Source of the DNA: Pristiophorus japonicus
Lineage: Eukaryota
DNA length: 64,000 nt
Direction: 5' to 3'
NCBI RefSeq assembly: GCF_044704955.1
Contig: NC_091994.1
Span: 27,714,001 to 27,778,000 of the forward strand
The first letter of the stretch is position 1. Every line of letters starts with the position of its first letter. The translations under genes were made by a program, and so were the position numbers. A model generated the notes under the pieces. It made no database searches. It saw only the letters and a program-made list of their open reading frames with translations, and was not told where the DNA came from. Positions 1-12,847 of the stretch are shown piece after piece.

Positions 1-1814
1 GAAGCAGCATGTTATAGACAGGGCTAAGCGATCCCACAATCAACGGATCAGATCAAAGCTCTGCAGTCCTGCCACATTGAGTCGTGAATGGTGGTGGACC
101 ATGGTGGTGGTGACGGGAGGAGGAGGCTCCATGAATATTCTCATCCTCAATGATGGCGGAGCCCAGCACGTGAGTGCAAAAGTCAAGGCTGAAGCATTTG
201 CAACCATCTTCAGCCAGAAGTGCCGAGTGGATGATCCATAACGGCCTCCTCCCGAGATCCCCACCATCACAGAAGCCAATCTTCAGCCAATTTGATTCTT
301 TCCATGCGACATCAAGAAACGGCTGAGCACAATGAATACAGCAAAGGCATGGGTCTCAACAACATCCCAGCTGTCGTGCTGAAGACTTGTGCTCCAGAAC
401 TAGCCATGCCTCTAGCCAAACTGTTCTAGTACAGCTACAACACTAGCTGACAATGTGGAAAACTGCCCAGGTATGCCCTGTCCACAAAAAGCAGGACAAA
501 TCCAATCCGGCCAATTACAGCCCCACCAGTCTACTCTCAATCACCAGCATGGAAGGCGTCGTCGACAGTGCTATCAAGCGACACTTGCTCACCAATAACC
601 TGCTCACTGATGCCTAGTTTGGGTTCTGCCAGGACAAATCGGCTCCAGTCCTCAATACAGCCTTGGTCCAAACATGGACAAAAGAGCTGAATTCTGGAGG
701 TGAGGTGAGAGTGACTGTCCTTGACATCAAGACAGCATTTAACAGAGTGTAGCATCAAGGAGCCCTAGTAAAACTGAAGTCAATGGGAATCAGGGGTAAA
801 ACTCTCCACTGGCTGGAGTCATACCTAGCACAAAGGAAGATTATTGTGCTGGTTGGTGGTCAATCAACACAGCCCCAGGACATCGTTTCTCAAGTCAGTG
901 TCCTCGACCAACCATCTTCAGCTGCTTCATCAATTACCATCCTTCCATCATAAGGTCAGAAGTGGGGATGTTTACTGATGACTGCACAGTGTTCAGTGCC
1001 ATTCGCAACTTCTCAGATAATGAAGCAGTCCATGCCCGCATGCAGCAAGACCTGGACGATATTCAGGCTTGGGCTGATAAGTGGCAAGTAACATTCGCAC
1101 CACGCAAGTGCCAGGCAATGACTATCTCCACACACAAGAGTCTAACCACCGCCCCTTGACATTCAACGGCATTACCATCACCGAATCCCCCACCATCACC
1201 ATCCTGGGGGTCACCATTGACCAAAAACTTAACTGGGCCAACCACATCAATACTGTGGCTACAAGAACAGGTCAGAGGCTGGGTAGCCTGCATTGAGTGT
1301 CTCACCTCCTGACTCCCAAAGTATTTTCACCATCTACAAGGCACAAGTCGAGAGTATGATGGAATACTCTCCACTTGCTCCAACACTCAAGCAGCTCGAC
1401 ACCATCCAGGACAAAAGAGCCTGCTTGATCGGCAGCCTATCTACCACCGTGGCTGCAGTGTGTACCATCTACAAGATGCGCTGCAACAACTTGCCAAGGC
1501 TTTTTCGGCAGCATCTCCCAAACCCGCGACCTCTGCCACCTCGAAGGACAAGGGCAGCAGGCGCACGGGAACACTACCATCTCAAAATTTCCCTCCAAGT
1601 CACACACCATCCTGATTTGGAAGTATATCACTGTTCCTTCATCGTCGCTGAGTCAAAATCCTGGAACTCCCACTCTAACAGCACTATGGGAGTACCTTCA
1701 CCACACGGACTGCCGCGGTTCAAGGCTGCGGCTCACCACCACTTTTTCAAGGGAAATTTGGGATGGGCAATAAATGCTGGCCTTGCCCACATCCCATGAA
1801 CGAATAAAAAAAAA
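1..1814 (+). mobile_element. Degenerate non-LTR retrotransposon (CR1/L2/jockey-group LINE), RT region to poly(A) 3' end
   Basis: Frameshifted RT fragments (MFTDDCTV, YKAQVESMMEYSP); ends cacatcccatgaacgaataaaaaaaa; a second copy lies at 22130-23735. Confidence 0.85.
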
Positions 1815-3602
1815 GTTCCATAGCAGCTCTGTAATTAGAGATCTAGAAGTTTCAGCTTCAGAGTTCCAGGATACTTTTCAAAAGGAAAGGCTGAGCCAAC
1901 CAGCATTCTTCAAAGAAAATAAAAACACCCACAAGTCAGAGAACAATGGTGTCTTTCTACCTTTCTATCCAGTAACTCCTAGACCGAATACCACAGCTTG
2001 GTACACAAAAAAAATCTTAGCCAATGTGCAAGTTTACAGAGTGTCAAGTACATCGAACACAGACTTGACATCATTTTGTACTCTAATAGGATGGGATCTA
2101 CTTGCAACAAGCTCTGGGCTATTAAAAATACTGCCACGTTTACTACTTAATAACTGCTAACATGCTGTCTGGTGAGATGAGTATTTTAGTGGTTTATTAT
2201 ACATCTATATATTTATATATAAATATTGCCTCCAACATGTATTTTGTACATCACGCTTTGCTACAAATGCAAAACAATCGCATGGAGAAAGCAGTCACTT
2301 AATGTCCAAAATTTACAAGCATTTTTCACACTGCACAGAAATTAAACTCTAATCGACCCAAGGACAATTTCTTTAACAATAATTATATTTTGTGGCCTTG
2401 AAAGGACAGCAGAATAATACATTATGCATTATATAGTGTACAAGTTTCTGTTCTTACTATGGGCAACACCATAGAAGATCTGCAGCATTATATAAAAAAT
2501 CTCAATAAAACAAAGAATAAAAAGAAATTGTTGAAGCAAAAGTCCCACTAAGAATGAAAAGCTTCTGGAGCACAACAGCACCTCTGAGAAAATGTAGGCT
2601 AATAAGATTTCAGTATCACAAAAACCAAGTGGCCTATCTGCAGTTTGTGACACCCACTCATTCAGACAATTGTACACACAAATTACAATTGCACAGGACC
2701 TTTTACCTTATTCATAAACATTTAAGGCTCAAGATAATGTGACCGTAGAAGAACAATACTTTTAAACATGATTTTGGTCATCTCCTCCAAACTTTCCACT
2801 ACTGCTCAGTGTCTCTATCTCCTCTGAAAGTTTTTCATAAAGGACTGCAGTTTTAAATTCTTGACGACTTCAAACAGAGAAAGATGCTAATCTTTGATAG
2901 TACAATGGCAGCCATTCGCTGGCAGACCTGTTGCAGCATTGGTCAAGCAACGCTCCCCCACCCCACTTATCTGAAGAGTTGATGGGAGGGGCCCCCACAT
3001 ATCTGGAATGATCTGTAGAGTAGATGGGAGGGGAAAGAGGAGAGAAAAAGGTGGCTCTGAATTGTGCTACACCAAAAGTACTTTCTTCCAGTCTACACAC
3101 ACTTCACCTGGTCAATCCCACCTCTATACATCTATCTCCCACTCACTATCTGGGAAATGAGATAAGATGGAGAACAAGGTAAATCTACAAATTGGTGGCA
3201 ATTCACAACAAATTTAGTCAGCCTACCTACATTCAAAAGGCAATTCCAGGCACAACAGCAAGAGCGCTACTCACCTAAAAGGTATTTAACCAATATAATC
3301 TACTGAAAATCTGAAATTCCATTTGAACCCACAATAGAAATCCATGAGCAGCAGGCTAAGGATTAATAATGTAGTTACTTTACAGAATGTTGGTGGTAGA
3401 ATAGCAATGGCAAGTAAGATATAACTAACTTTATCTGGATCCACAAATATTATGAGGGTTAACTTGAACAAGGAACCAAGGAAGAATGAAAGTACATTGA
3501 AGCCCATTAAAGTAAGCAAGGTCATTTTAATCTAGCTCTTAATGTACGAAGATTTATCCCCCAAAATGCCTACAATACTGAGTGCTTTCAACAATAACAT
3601 AC

Positions 3603-3728
3603 ATTTATTCGGTGAAAGTTTATACTCCAGTTTGCTGCTGCCCTCGAAGGAATAAAGCGGTCTCCACTTTTACTTGGTGATGATACTGGTGAATTTGAAG
3701 GCGTTAATGTTCTTCTAACTTCGGATAT
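3603..3728 (-). CDS. FZR1: FZR1 (Cdh1/fizzy-related 1) second coding exon
   Basis: Reverse strand reads ISEVRRTLTPSNSPVSSPSKSGDRFIPSRAAANWSINFHRIN with the C-box DRFIPSR; 126 nt, phase 0, ttttgttcAG acceptor and GTatgt donor; later exons lie left of the window. Confidence 0.97.
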
Positions 3729-3879
3729 CTGAACAAAATCCAGAAAGGGAGAATATTGTTAAATTAAAACAAAGGTTAATTAATACAAAATTTACTATAA
3801 AATTAGAGGGTAGCGTTATTAACTTATTCCACAGTAGCTTCAGATCTCCCAACATTACTTTGTTCTAGGTTTCTTGAGT

Positions 3880-4060
3880 TTCAGCTCATGTTAGAAAAGC
3901 TAGAAATAAAGACAAAGTCCTGGAAATACACAACAGGTCAACATTTGTTTAAAAGAAAACATAGGTTAACATTTCAGGTGTGTTCTAAGTAAACGGGTCC
4001 TATGCCCGAAACATTAACCCATGTGTTTTCCATCTTTACAAATGCTGACTGACTTTTAGA
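3880..4060. repeat. Degenerate palindromic Penelope-like fragment
   Basis: Inverted arms ggttaacatttc...gaaacattaacc followed by ...aaatgctgactgac; related pieces at about 28290-28370 and 28468-28530. Confidence 0.4.
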
Positions 4061-4185
4061 AACCCAGAGCTTTACTCAAAGTTATCCAGTATTTGTCTAC
4101 ATAAATCCAAATTGATCTTCTATGGGACAGATTTGGCAAGATATAATTAGAACACTGTTTATTTACAGACTCAGAAGAGTACAAA

Positions 4186-4310
4186 AGAACATAAGGAGCA
4201 GGTGTAGGCCGTAAAGCCCATCGAGCTTGCTCCGCCATTCAATATCATAGCTGATCTTCTACCTCAACTCCACTTTCCCGCTCGATCCCCCTATCCCTTG
4301 ATTTCCCCAT
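4186..4310 (-). mobile_element. CR1 LINE 3' end fragment
   Basis: aagaacataaggagcagg...gccattcaatatcatagctgatc is the reverse complement of the CR1 3' UTR seen at 17560-17658. Confidence 0.8.
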
Positions 4311-4540
4311 AGGTTGTAGTGGACAACCTTGCTATCTTATTCGACATCAATAATGTTTGGATAGCATCAGGGTGTCTCTTCCAGTCACTTTTGGGGGGGA
4401 ATATTGCAGTGCTCCTTTTGCAGATGATATGGTGTTGCTGGCAGACTCACCTGGGGATATGGTTCACTCTGCTCAACACCTTGGGAAAAAAAGGGTTAGC
4501 AAGTGTGATATGATAGTGATGATGCCCCCTAACTGCAGTA

Positions 4541-5949
4541 CAGGTTGAACCTCCCTTATCTAGCACCACCCCTCGTCCGGCACTATTCGCGGCCACCGGG
4601 TGGCGCATGCGCAGAACTCCGACATGGACAATGTGAAAAAATTAACGATAAACAAGGAAGTTATCAGCTTAAATATGCATAAATGGAGCTATTCAAAAAC
4701 ATCTTAAAAATAAAGAGCACAAGCAGGTTTTCTTTGGAGTTAATTGAATGAGTAGGAGCAGGAAGTAGTCAGGTAATTGCAGAGCTTATAATTAGAATAT
4801 ATATTATGGTGTATGGTTGGGTGTATCGCCTATCAAGTAAAGCTGAATCTCATGCAAAATGACATGTGTACTAAAACTAAGGATCAATTATAGTTTTTTC
4901 ACTTTGAACGTCTTTGTTCTACCTGGCAGATGAAAAGGTTGTGGCGCAACAAATTGAACGAGGGAATGACTGGCATTCAAAAGATCTCTATGCCGCACTG
5001 CCTGCCAGCCCCAGCCAGCTAGGCCCGACAGAGACATCCCCGACCCCGCAATCCACCGCCCGCTCCCCCCACGATCTCCGCGCCGCACTGCCTGCCAGCC
5101 CCGACACAGACATCCTGACCCAGTGATCCACTGCCCACCCCCCCCCCCCCAACGATCTCTCCACCGCACCGCCCGCCAGTCCCCAGCCCACCTTCCCCCC
5201 CCCCAACCGAGGACCTATATATACAAATTTTGGATAACTTCAGAATTGCAAGGATGAAAATAGGTGGTGCCGAGTTGGGGGCTGGCAGGCAGCGCGGCAC
5301 AGAGATCGTGGGCGGGGCGGCGTTGGATCGCGGGTTCGGGGACATCAGTATCGGGGCTGGCCAGCTGGGGCTGGAGGCTGAGAGGCAAAAGTGTTTATTT
5401 TCTCTTATTTATCAAGTATTTACAGTAAATAAACTGCCTATTCAATTGAGACAGCACAGAGATCGCGGGCGGGGAAGCGGTGGATTGCACGGTCGGGGAC
5501 ATCGGTATTGGGGCTGGCCGGCTGGGGCTGGTTGTCTAGCTTCTCTTAATAATTAGTAAAACAAAGCTTCTGTGAGATCCAAAAGTGTTTATTTTCCCTT
5601 ATTTATCAAATATTTACAGTAAATAAACTGCATATTCAATTCAGACAGAAACAGCTACCTGAATACATTTGTGAGGACAAAATATTTAAAATGCCACGTT
5701 ATTAAATGGTTGGGCCCGGCTTCAATCAGATAACAAATCAAAGACAAGGTACAGGTATTTCTCTTTTTATTGAAGGTTTTATGGTGGGTTTGAAATCAAA
5801 GTAAAATGGCTGGGGGTTGGCTGGAAGCTGTAAAAGTGGTTTGTATAATGTTGCTCCCGTTAGAACATGTGATCTCCACTCGTCCGGCAAAATTTCTTAT
5901 CCGGCACAGGCCCGGTCCCGAGGGTGCCGGATAACGGAGGTTCAACCTG
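4541..5949. mobile_element. Non-autonomous Tc1/mariner (Tigger/pogo-like) DNA transposon
   Basis: TIRs caggttgaacctcc(c/g)ttatc at both ends, each flanked by TA (4539-4540, 5950-5951); no transposase ORF. Confidence 0.85.
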
Positions 5950-7704
5950 TATTACGATTTTGTAAAGCTCAATAAATGACCTCAAGATATTGATTGAAAG
6001 ATACAATGGTTGTCTGTCCCAATATTGATTCATATTGGTATCTAGAGCTTAGATAGATGCCAACTGCTGCCTGGACACAGTCCTCTAGACCTCATTGAGA
6101 AGGAATGAAAGGCACTTTTGATCTTCCTCCAATGACAGCAAAATCCAAATGCGGGTTAAACGTTTAGCGTGCTAGAAGTGTCCAAACAGTTCTTCATGGT
6201 GCAGAACTGCTGGGCGTGCCATGGAGAGCTTCCTTCAAGCTATGTGTGAGATTCACAAGTTCATACGTACTAGATCGAAGACCAAACTAGGAGGTAGATT
6301 TATGGCAAAAAGGGAAAGCGGATTCCAGCCTGTACCAACTTATCACCGAGTACGGGCACCTGTCTGTCGACCCCTCATGAAGGAGGACAGGATTAAGCAG
6401 TTGACGAGCAAGTTTGGTACGCAGCATGGCCCTTGGATGTCCAAAATATTTCTTATGATGCAAGCCGTCAACTGATGATAAAAAATGTCTAGGCATAACA
6501 ATTGCTAGAAGATATTACCTGGTGGCTGGGTATGAGAATAGGTTCCCATATATCCAGGGCTTGGTGCCTACCTTGATTGGGTTGTAAAAAGTAAGCCGTT
6601 TCTGCTAAGGTTCTGCACCTACAACTGGCGGAACCACCGTCCAACAGGACATGGCGTGTCCATACGGTAGTCAAGAGGATGGAGGCCATTCTGCCTGTTA
6701 TGCCTGTCCAAGCTCTTTGAAAGAGCTGTGTAATTCAATCCCACACCCAGCTTTTCCCCTGCAGATTAGTCCTCTTCAAATACATGTCCAATTGTCATTT
6801 AAAAGTTCCTATGGAATCTGATTCCACCACTCTTTCAGGTAGTGCATTCCAGATCTGAACAATCCCAGCTTCTCCACATAACTGAACTCCCTCATCTCTG
6901 GTATCAATTTGGTAAACCACCTCAGTACCCTCTCCAGGGCCTTGACATCCTTCCTAAAAAGTGTGGTGCCCAGAACTGTACACAATACTCCAGCCAAGAA
7001 CTAAACTTTGTAAAAGGTTCAGCATGACTTCCTTGTTTTTGTATTAAATGCCTCTATTTGCAGAGCTGAGTATCCTCTATGCTTTCTTAACCACCTTCTC
7101 AACTTGACCTGCCACCTTCAAAGATTTGTGAATATGCACCCCCAGGTCCCTCTGTTCTTGCACCCTGCTCAAAATAGTACCATTTAGATTACACTGCCTC
7201 TCCATGTTGCTTTGCCCAAAGTGCATCACTTCACACTTATCCACATTAAATTGGAAGTGCCACGTGTCTGCCCATTTCACCAGTCTGTCTATGTCCTTCT
7301 CAAGTATGCTACCATCATGCTCACTATTTACTACGTTGCCAAGTTTTGTATTGTCTGCAAACTTCATAAATGTACTCCCTATACCCAAGTCCAGGTCATT
7401 CGTATACAAGAAAAGCAATGGTCCTAATACCGACTCATGGGGGACCCGACGGCATACTCTAGTCAGAAAAACATCTGTTCCCCACTACTCTCTGCCTCCT
7501 ATCCCTTAGTCAATTTTGTACCCAAGTTACAACCGTGCCATTCATACCATGTGCTTATATTTTCCAAACAAGTCTGATGAGGTACTTTATCAAATGCCTT
7601 TGTAAGTCCATATATACAGCATCTACTGCACTACCTTCATCAACTCTCTTACTTCATCAAAGAACTCAAGGTTACTCAGACATGATTTACCTTTAACAAA
7701 TCCG

Positions 7705-8372
7705 GAGTACAAATACACAAATCACTAAAAGTTGCAACAAAAGTTAGCAAAGCCATAAAAAAAAGCAAGCCAAGCACTCGGGTTTATTTCTAGAGTAGGG
7801 ATAAGTAGAGAAGTTATGCTAAACCGGTATCGAACTTTGGTTAGACCACATCTGCGTACAGTTCTGGTCACCATATTGTAAAAAGGATATAGAGGCACTG
7901 CAGAGGGTGCAGAGATTATTTACAAGAATGATACCACAAATGCGAGAGTATACATATCAGGAAAGGATGAACAGGCTGGGTCTCTTCTCTTGAAAAATGG
8001 CGGCTGAGGGGTGACACAATCGAGATCTTTAAAATAATGAAAGGTTTTGATAGGGTGGATAGAGAGAGAATGTTTCCACTTATGGGAAAGAGCAATATAA
8101 GATAGTCACCAAGAAATCCAAAAGGGAATTCAGAAGAAACTTCTTTATTCAGAGTGGTAAGAATATGGAACTCGCTACCACAGGGAGTGGTTGAAGCGAA
8201 TAGTTTAGATGCATTTAAGAGGAGGCTAGACAAGTATGTGAAGGAGAAGGGAATAGAGGGTTGTGCTGTTAGATTTAGATGAGGAAAGACGAGAGGAGGC
8301 TCGAGTGGAACATAAATGCCAGCATGGACTGGTTGGGCCAAAAGGCCTGTTTCTGTGCCGTATATCCTATGT
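7705..8372 (+). mobile_element. 5'-truncated CR1 nested in the older CR1
   Basis: CR1 ORF2 C-terminus and 3' UTR; flanked by a short duplication aatccg (7699-7704 and 8373-8378). Confidence 0.8.
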
Positions 8373-8468
8373 AATCCGTGCTGGCTGTCCCTTATTAACC
8401 CGTGCTTCTCCAAACGAGAAGTAATTTTGTCCCTGACAATGGTCTCCAGTAGTTTTCCCACCACGGAC

Positions 8469-8764
8469 ATAATCTCTGCACCCTCTGCAGTGCCTCTATA
8501 TCCTTTTTACAATATGGTGACCAGAACTGTACACAGATGTGGTCTAACCAAAGTTCGATACCGGTTTAGCATAACTTCTCTACTTATCCCTACTCTAGAA
8601 ATAAACCCGAGTGCTTGGCTTGCTTTTTTTTTATGGCTTTGCTAACTTTTGTTGCAACTTTTAGTGATTTGTGTATTTGTACTCCGGATTTGTTAAAGGT
8701 AAATCATGTCTGAGTAACCTTGAGTTCTTTGATGAAGTAAGAGAGTTGATGAAGGTAGTGCAGT
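8469..8764 (-). repeat. Near-perfect inverted copy of 7625-7919
   Basis: Reverse complement matches by eye except 1 substitution and a 1-nt homopolymer indel; flanked by duplicated tttcccaccacggac. Confidence 0.92.
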
Positions 8765-11700
8765 TTCCCACCACGGACTAATTGGCCTGTATTTACCAGG
8801 TTTACCCCCTCTCTTTTTTTGAACATTTGCAAACCTCCATTTATCTTACACCACTGCCATATCCAAGGAGGATTGAAAGATTGTGGTCAAAGCTTCTGCT
8901 ATCTCCATCCTAGCTTCCCTCAGCAACCAATGATGCATCCCACCTGGACTTGTTCACTTTCAGTGATACCAACCTAGTTAGCACTTCCTTTCCATCTATT
9001 TTTATCCTAATATCTCTACTCACCCCTCCTCTACTCTGACATTAACTTCATCCTCTTCTTTTGTGGAAACAGATGCAAGGTACTCAGTGATGCCCTTTGT
9101 CTCCACAAGATTTCAATTTTTGTCCTTAATAATCCCCATAATTCATTTAACTATCCTTTTAGTTTTTATATGTTTATATAAAAGACTTTTGGGTTCCCTT
9201 ATATGTTACCTCCTAGTCTTTTCTCAGTCTCTTTTTGCCCTTCTTATATCTTGGGGGCAATGCACTTGCATATTTTATGCTGAGTTGTGCTGTTCCCTCA
9301 TTCCATTCAGGAGCTCCTGGTATTGTCATCCACTTAATGAGGGCTAACTACTAACTAACCTCAGGGCCTGGTAATGGATGTTTGAAACCAGGTCAAACCC
9401 CTAGACAACCACAACTTGGGTAATCCAATATTTGAACCCAGGCAGGTCTCCAGTACATTACTGATGATTGGCTAGCCTGCCTAGGTCACTGATGGAACCT
9501 GAAGGCGTAGATCTATCACTGGTACTGGGATTCCTTGCACTTGGTTACAATTAACCCGGCAAGCCTAATGTGTAGAGTGATCCTAGGTAAACAAACAATG
9601 GGAAGCAGCTTTGGTGAGCTGCATGATTTAGCTGGTTAAACTCAAATAATACCCTTCCACACAACCTGCGCTTAGGTTTTCTGGATTTGGGCAGATGAAA
9701 TGTGTCCCTCCAGAGTGTTTGTGTGCACATATCAGACAAGCTCTACCATGTGGATTTCTCAAGTTGGCTTAGATAGTCAAACACCATGGTGGGTTTCATG
9801 TGTATCAGACACCTGGCTAACCAAGCAAAAAAAATCACTTAGCCAAAAAACTGTTTTAACCAAAAATTGCCTTTAGCCATGAACTGTAAAAATCATAACA
9901 TGGGCAGATTGAACTATGCTCAACTTCTGTTAATTCAAAGTCCGTGCTTTCCTGAAGAAAAAAAAAATCAGATTCTCCAGTAATTCAAATCAAGCATTTT
10001 AAATAACTTTTTTTGCTCAAAATCTTTTGAATTAATAAACATGAATTAAGAGTAGATTGCATCCTTAAAGTTATTTCTGGCGAAGCAGCTACATGGCCAC
10101 ACCCAGTTTGACTAAAGCAAAATGTATGAGGAAACGGTAAAGGAATGGGGCTAAGTGGATAACTCATTTGAGTGCCATCACACTCGCTGTGGGCCAAATG
10201 GCCTCCTTCTTTGGTGTAAAATTCTATGACTAATAGATGCAGGGACAATTTGGAATTACATTCTCAGATTTTTTTTCCCTCTCACCGAGGGGAGAGGCTA
10301 CCTTAGCTAAGATTTTTAATTTAGGAGCCACACTCTACAAGTCTCATCCCTGTATTTAAAGAGTGCAATGTGGGGTTGTGGACCATAATGTGGAGTAGTA
10401 GACTACAGCTATGCTTCCAGCATTTGTGTTGGTCTCTGCTCATGGAAAATGGCACTATGCACTTGCTGGTTAAATTTGTGTTATTAAAAATGAAATTTTA
10501 AATGTTCCTAGGCAGTGAAATAGATAGCCATGCAATTTTATTAAAACTGATTTTGCACAGAACTGCTTTTATATCATTGCTGGTGTGAAAACAACGTGGC
10601 TTGAGACTATCCACTGGATACGGTCTCACACTTCTTACCTTAATAAGGGCTGTAGTGAGATTGTCAACCTGACTTCAGAGTTATATAGTGATCTCCATTT
10701 ATTATGTACCTAGTTTTATTGCATGCTTGGCTATGACAAACAGATTGAATTTAATGCAACTTTATGATAATATCTATTTGCAATGATCAAAACCGTCCTC
10801 ATTTAACAAGTAAAACCTACATCCAAGTTGCACACCCAAGATCCAAGTCACTGATCCTCTGCATATTCCAATCTCTTTTGCAGCTGTCCTATTTCTCAAT
10901 GCCATGTAGAATTCCATGATGGAGCTCAGTCATATTCTAACCAAAGATGGAGTCCAGGGCTCCATCTCACTTGTGCCCTGCACATTACGGTTCCACAGTT
11001 TTCATTTTATAGATATATCAACAGCTCTTAGACAAGGTCTCCACAATGATTCTTAACTTTCATGAGAAATAGTCAAGTCAATTTGTTCAGTTTCCAAACC
11101 TCAAGAAGTCGTCCTGCGGTCAAGCTTTCCTTAGTCATTTCACCTCCAAAATTCCAGGTTTTAAGTTTTTTTAATACTTATTGCTATGTTCATGAAATGT
11201 ATTAAGGTTATAACAGACTAATGCCAAAAATGCAGTGGCTTAACACTACACTCACTTACACTATGCTCCCCACACAAAGTAGTTCCTCCTACCTTTGATG
11301 AAAAACTTTGGACATCATTTGAAGATGCAATCAGCCTCACTTTGAACGAAAGTTAATTGTGGCAATATTGTGTACACCACACGTGGGGCTGACATTACTA
11401 CTGGTTTTGTGTCAATACACATCCAAAAATACTTTCTACCTATGCAAAAAATGGTGAAGATCCATAGATAACAACCATTAATTCAACAGGGTCACTATGA
11501 TTTTAGCAAAGTGAAATAGCAGACATGTGAAATTCTCATACTATGTAAACTTGAAATGTGAGAAACACTCAACAGTACAAGTATAAATGTTGTCCTGCAA
11601 AACTTGGGTTGTATATGGAGTCAGTATTTTGATTGGGAACATACATTTGGAGATTTTGGTAATGGAGCTGATATGGAAGAGGAAGCTGAGCTCCAGATCA

Positions 11701-11944
11701 AGCCAAACACCAAGATTTTGCACTTCCTGATTCAGTTTGCGATGACAGCCAAAGAGCTTGATGGACTGGAGGCCAGACGTTTGGAGGTGCTGTACTTCAG
11801 ATTAGCCACAGTTTTGCTGACATTCAACTGGGCGGAATTTTGGCACACCCAGCGAGAGAGGCAGTGAAGCAGAAGAAACAAAAAAGGTGAATCAAAGCGG
11901 AATTTGAAACAGAGATACAACACCAATGAAAAGACAGCACTTAC

Positions 11945-12013
11945 ACAAGGGACTGTGTTTTCATTCTGAACATTAATTTGTCGTAAAAGTCGCCGTTCAT
12001 AGTCTTGATCCAT
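11945..12013 (-). CDS. FZR1: FZR1 first coding exon (exon spans 11945-12059 including 5' UTR)
   Basis: MDQDYERRLLRQINVQNENTVPC matches the vertebrate FZR1 N-terminus; GTAAGT donor at 11944; polypyrimidine tract plus CAG acceptor at 12060-12062. Confidence 0.97.
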
Positions 12014-12847
12014 AGTTAGAGGAGTTGAACTTTATTGAAGTTTAATCAAGATGTCAGTTCTGAAACCAGGAAAGAAAGAAAAGTTTTACATCAGCAATCC
12101 AAGTGTAAACATTTAGCTATCCTGTGTAACCTCTGCACTAATAGTAGCCGTGATAAATACACAATACAACAAAACAATTCTCTAATTCGAACTCAAATAA
12201 ATTACTATTGGATATTTTCAATCAGAATGTTCCGAGACACCGCACTTTTGGTACTGATAGCATTGAATGAGTTTTGGTATGAGTGTGAGAGAGAGAGAGG
12301 GGGTTCAGGTAATATAACTGAAGGTCACTCTCCAAGGTCCCAAACTGTGATGTGAACAGCCCCACAAAAAAAGTCGGAGGCGCAAGAGATGGTTTCCTCG
12401 ACGTCTGTAAAGGTCGGTTTCGGGCAACAATGTGAAATGTTTGCTGGTTGTAGCATCTACCTCCTGCAATATGGGAAGAAATGACTTAAGGTAGGCTTCT
12501 GGTGTTGCCTGGTTTATATTTTGTAGGCATCTTCAGATGCAGTAATATAAACAGATATACACAGTATAAGAGTTTTCATGTAAAAAAATAATTAAAATCA
12601 CATTACAGATACGAAAAGTCCAGTGAAGCATTTTCAAGGCTACAATTCAACCACTCAACATTCAGTTACACTATTTATATTTACACAATGAGCCATTTAA
12701 TGAGATTATTATCTTGTACTAACACACAGACATTCCCAATGCTCTGCAGTTCATCATCATCATAGGCAGTCCCTCGAAATCGAGGAAGACTTGCTTCCAC
12801 TCAAAGTGAATTCTTAGGTGACTGAACAGTCCAATACGGGAATTACA

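Larger units (their letters stand above)
6670..9250 (-). mobile_element. Old CR1 LINE, interrupted by a plus-strand CR1 and an inverted duplication
   Basis: ORF 7077-7418 (MKFADNTKLG...KCEVMHFG) is CR1 RT; the host sequence resumes at about 8379 (SVVGKLLETIVRDKI). Confidence 0.85.

Noticed and set aside
9366-9500. Hammerhead ribozyme (ctgatga at 9461, gaaac at 9384)
   Set aside because: Core elements are not in a valid order with closing stems; the Penelope-like palindrome at about 3960-4020 also lacks an intact CUGANGA core
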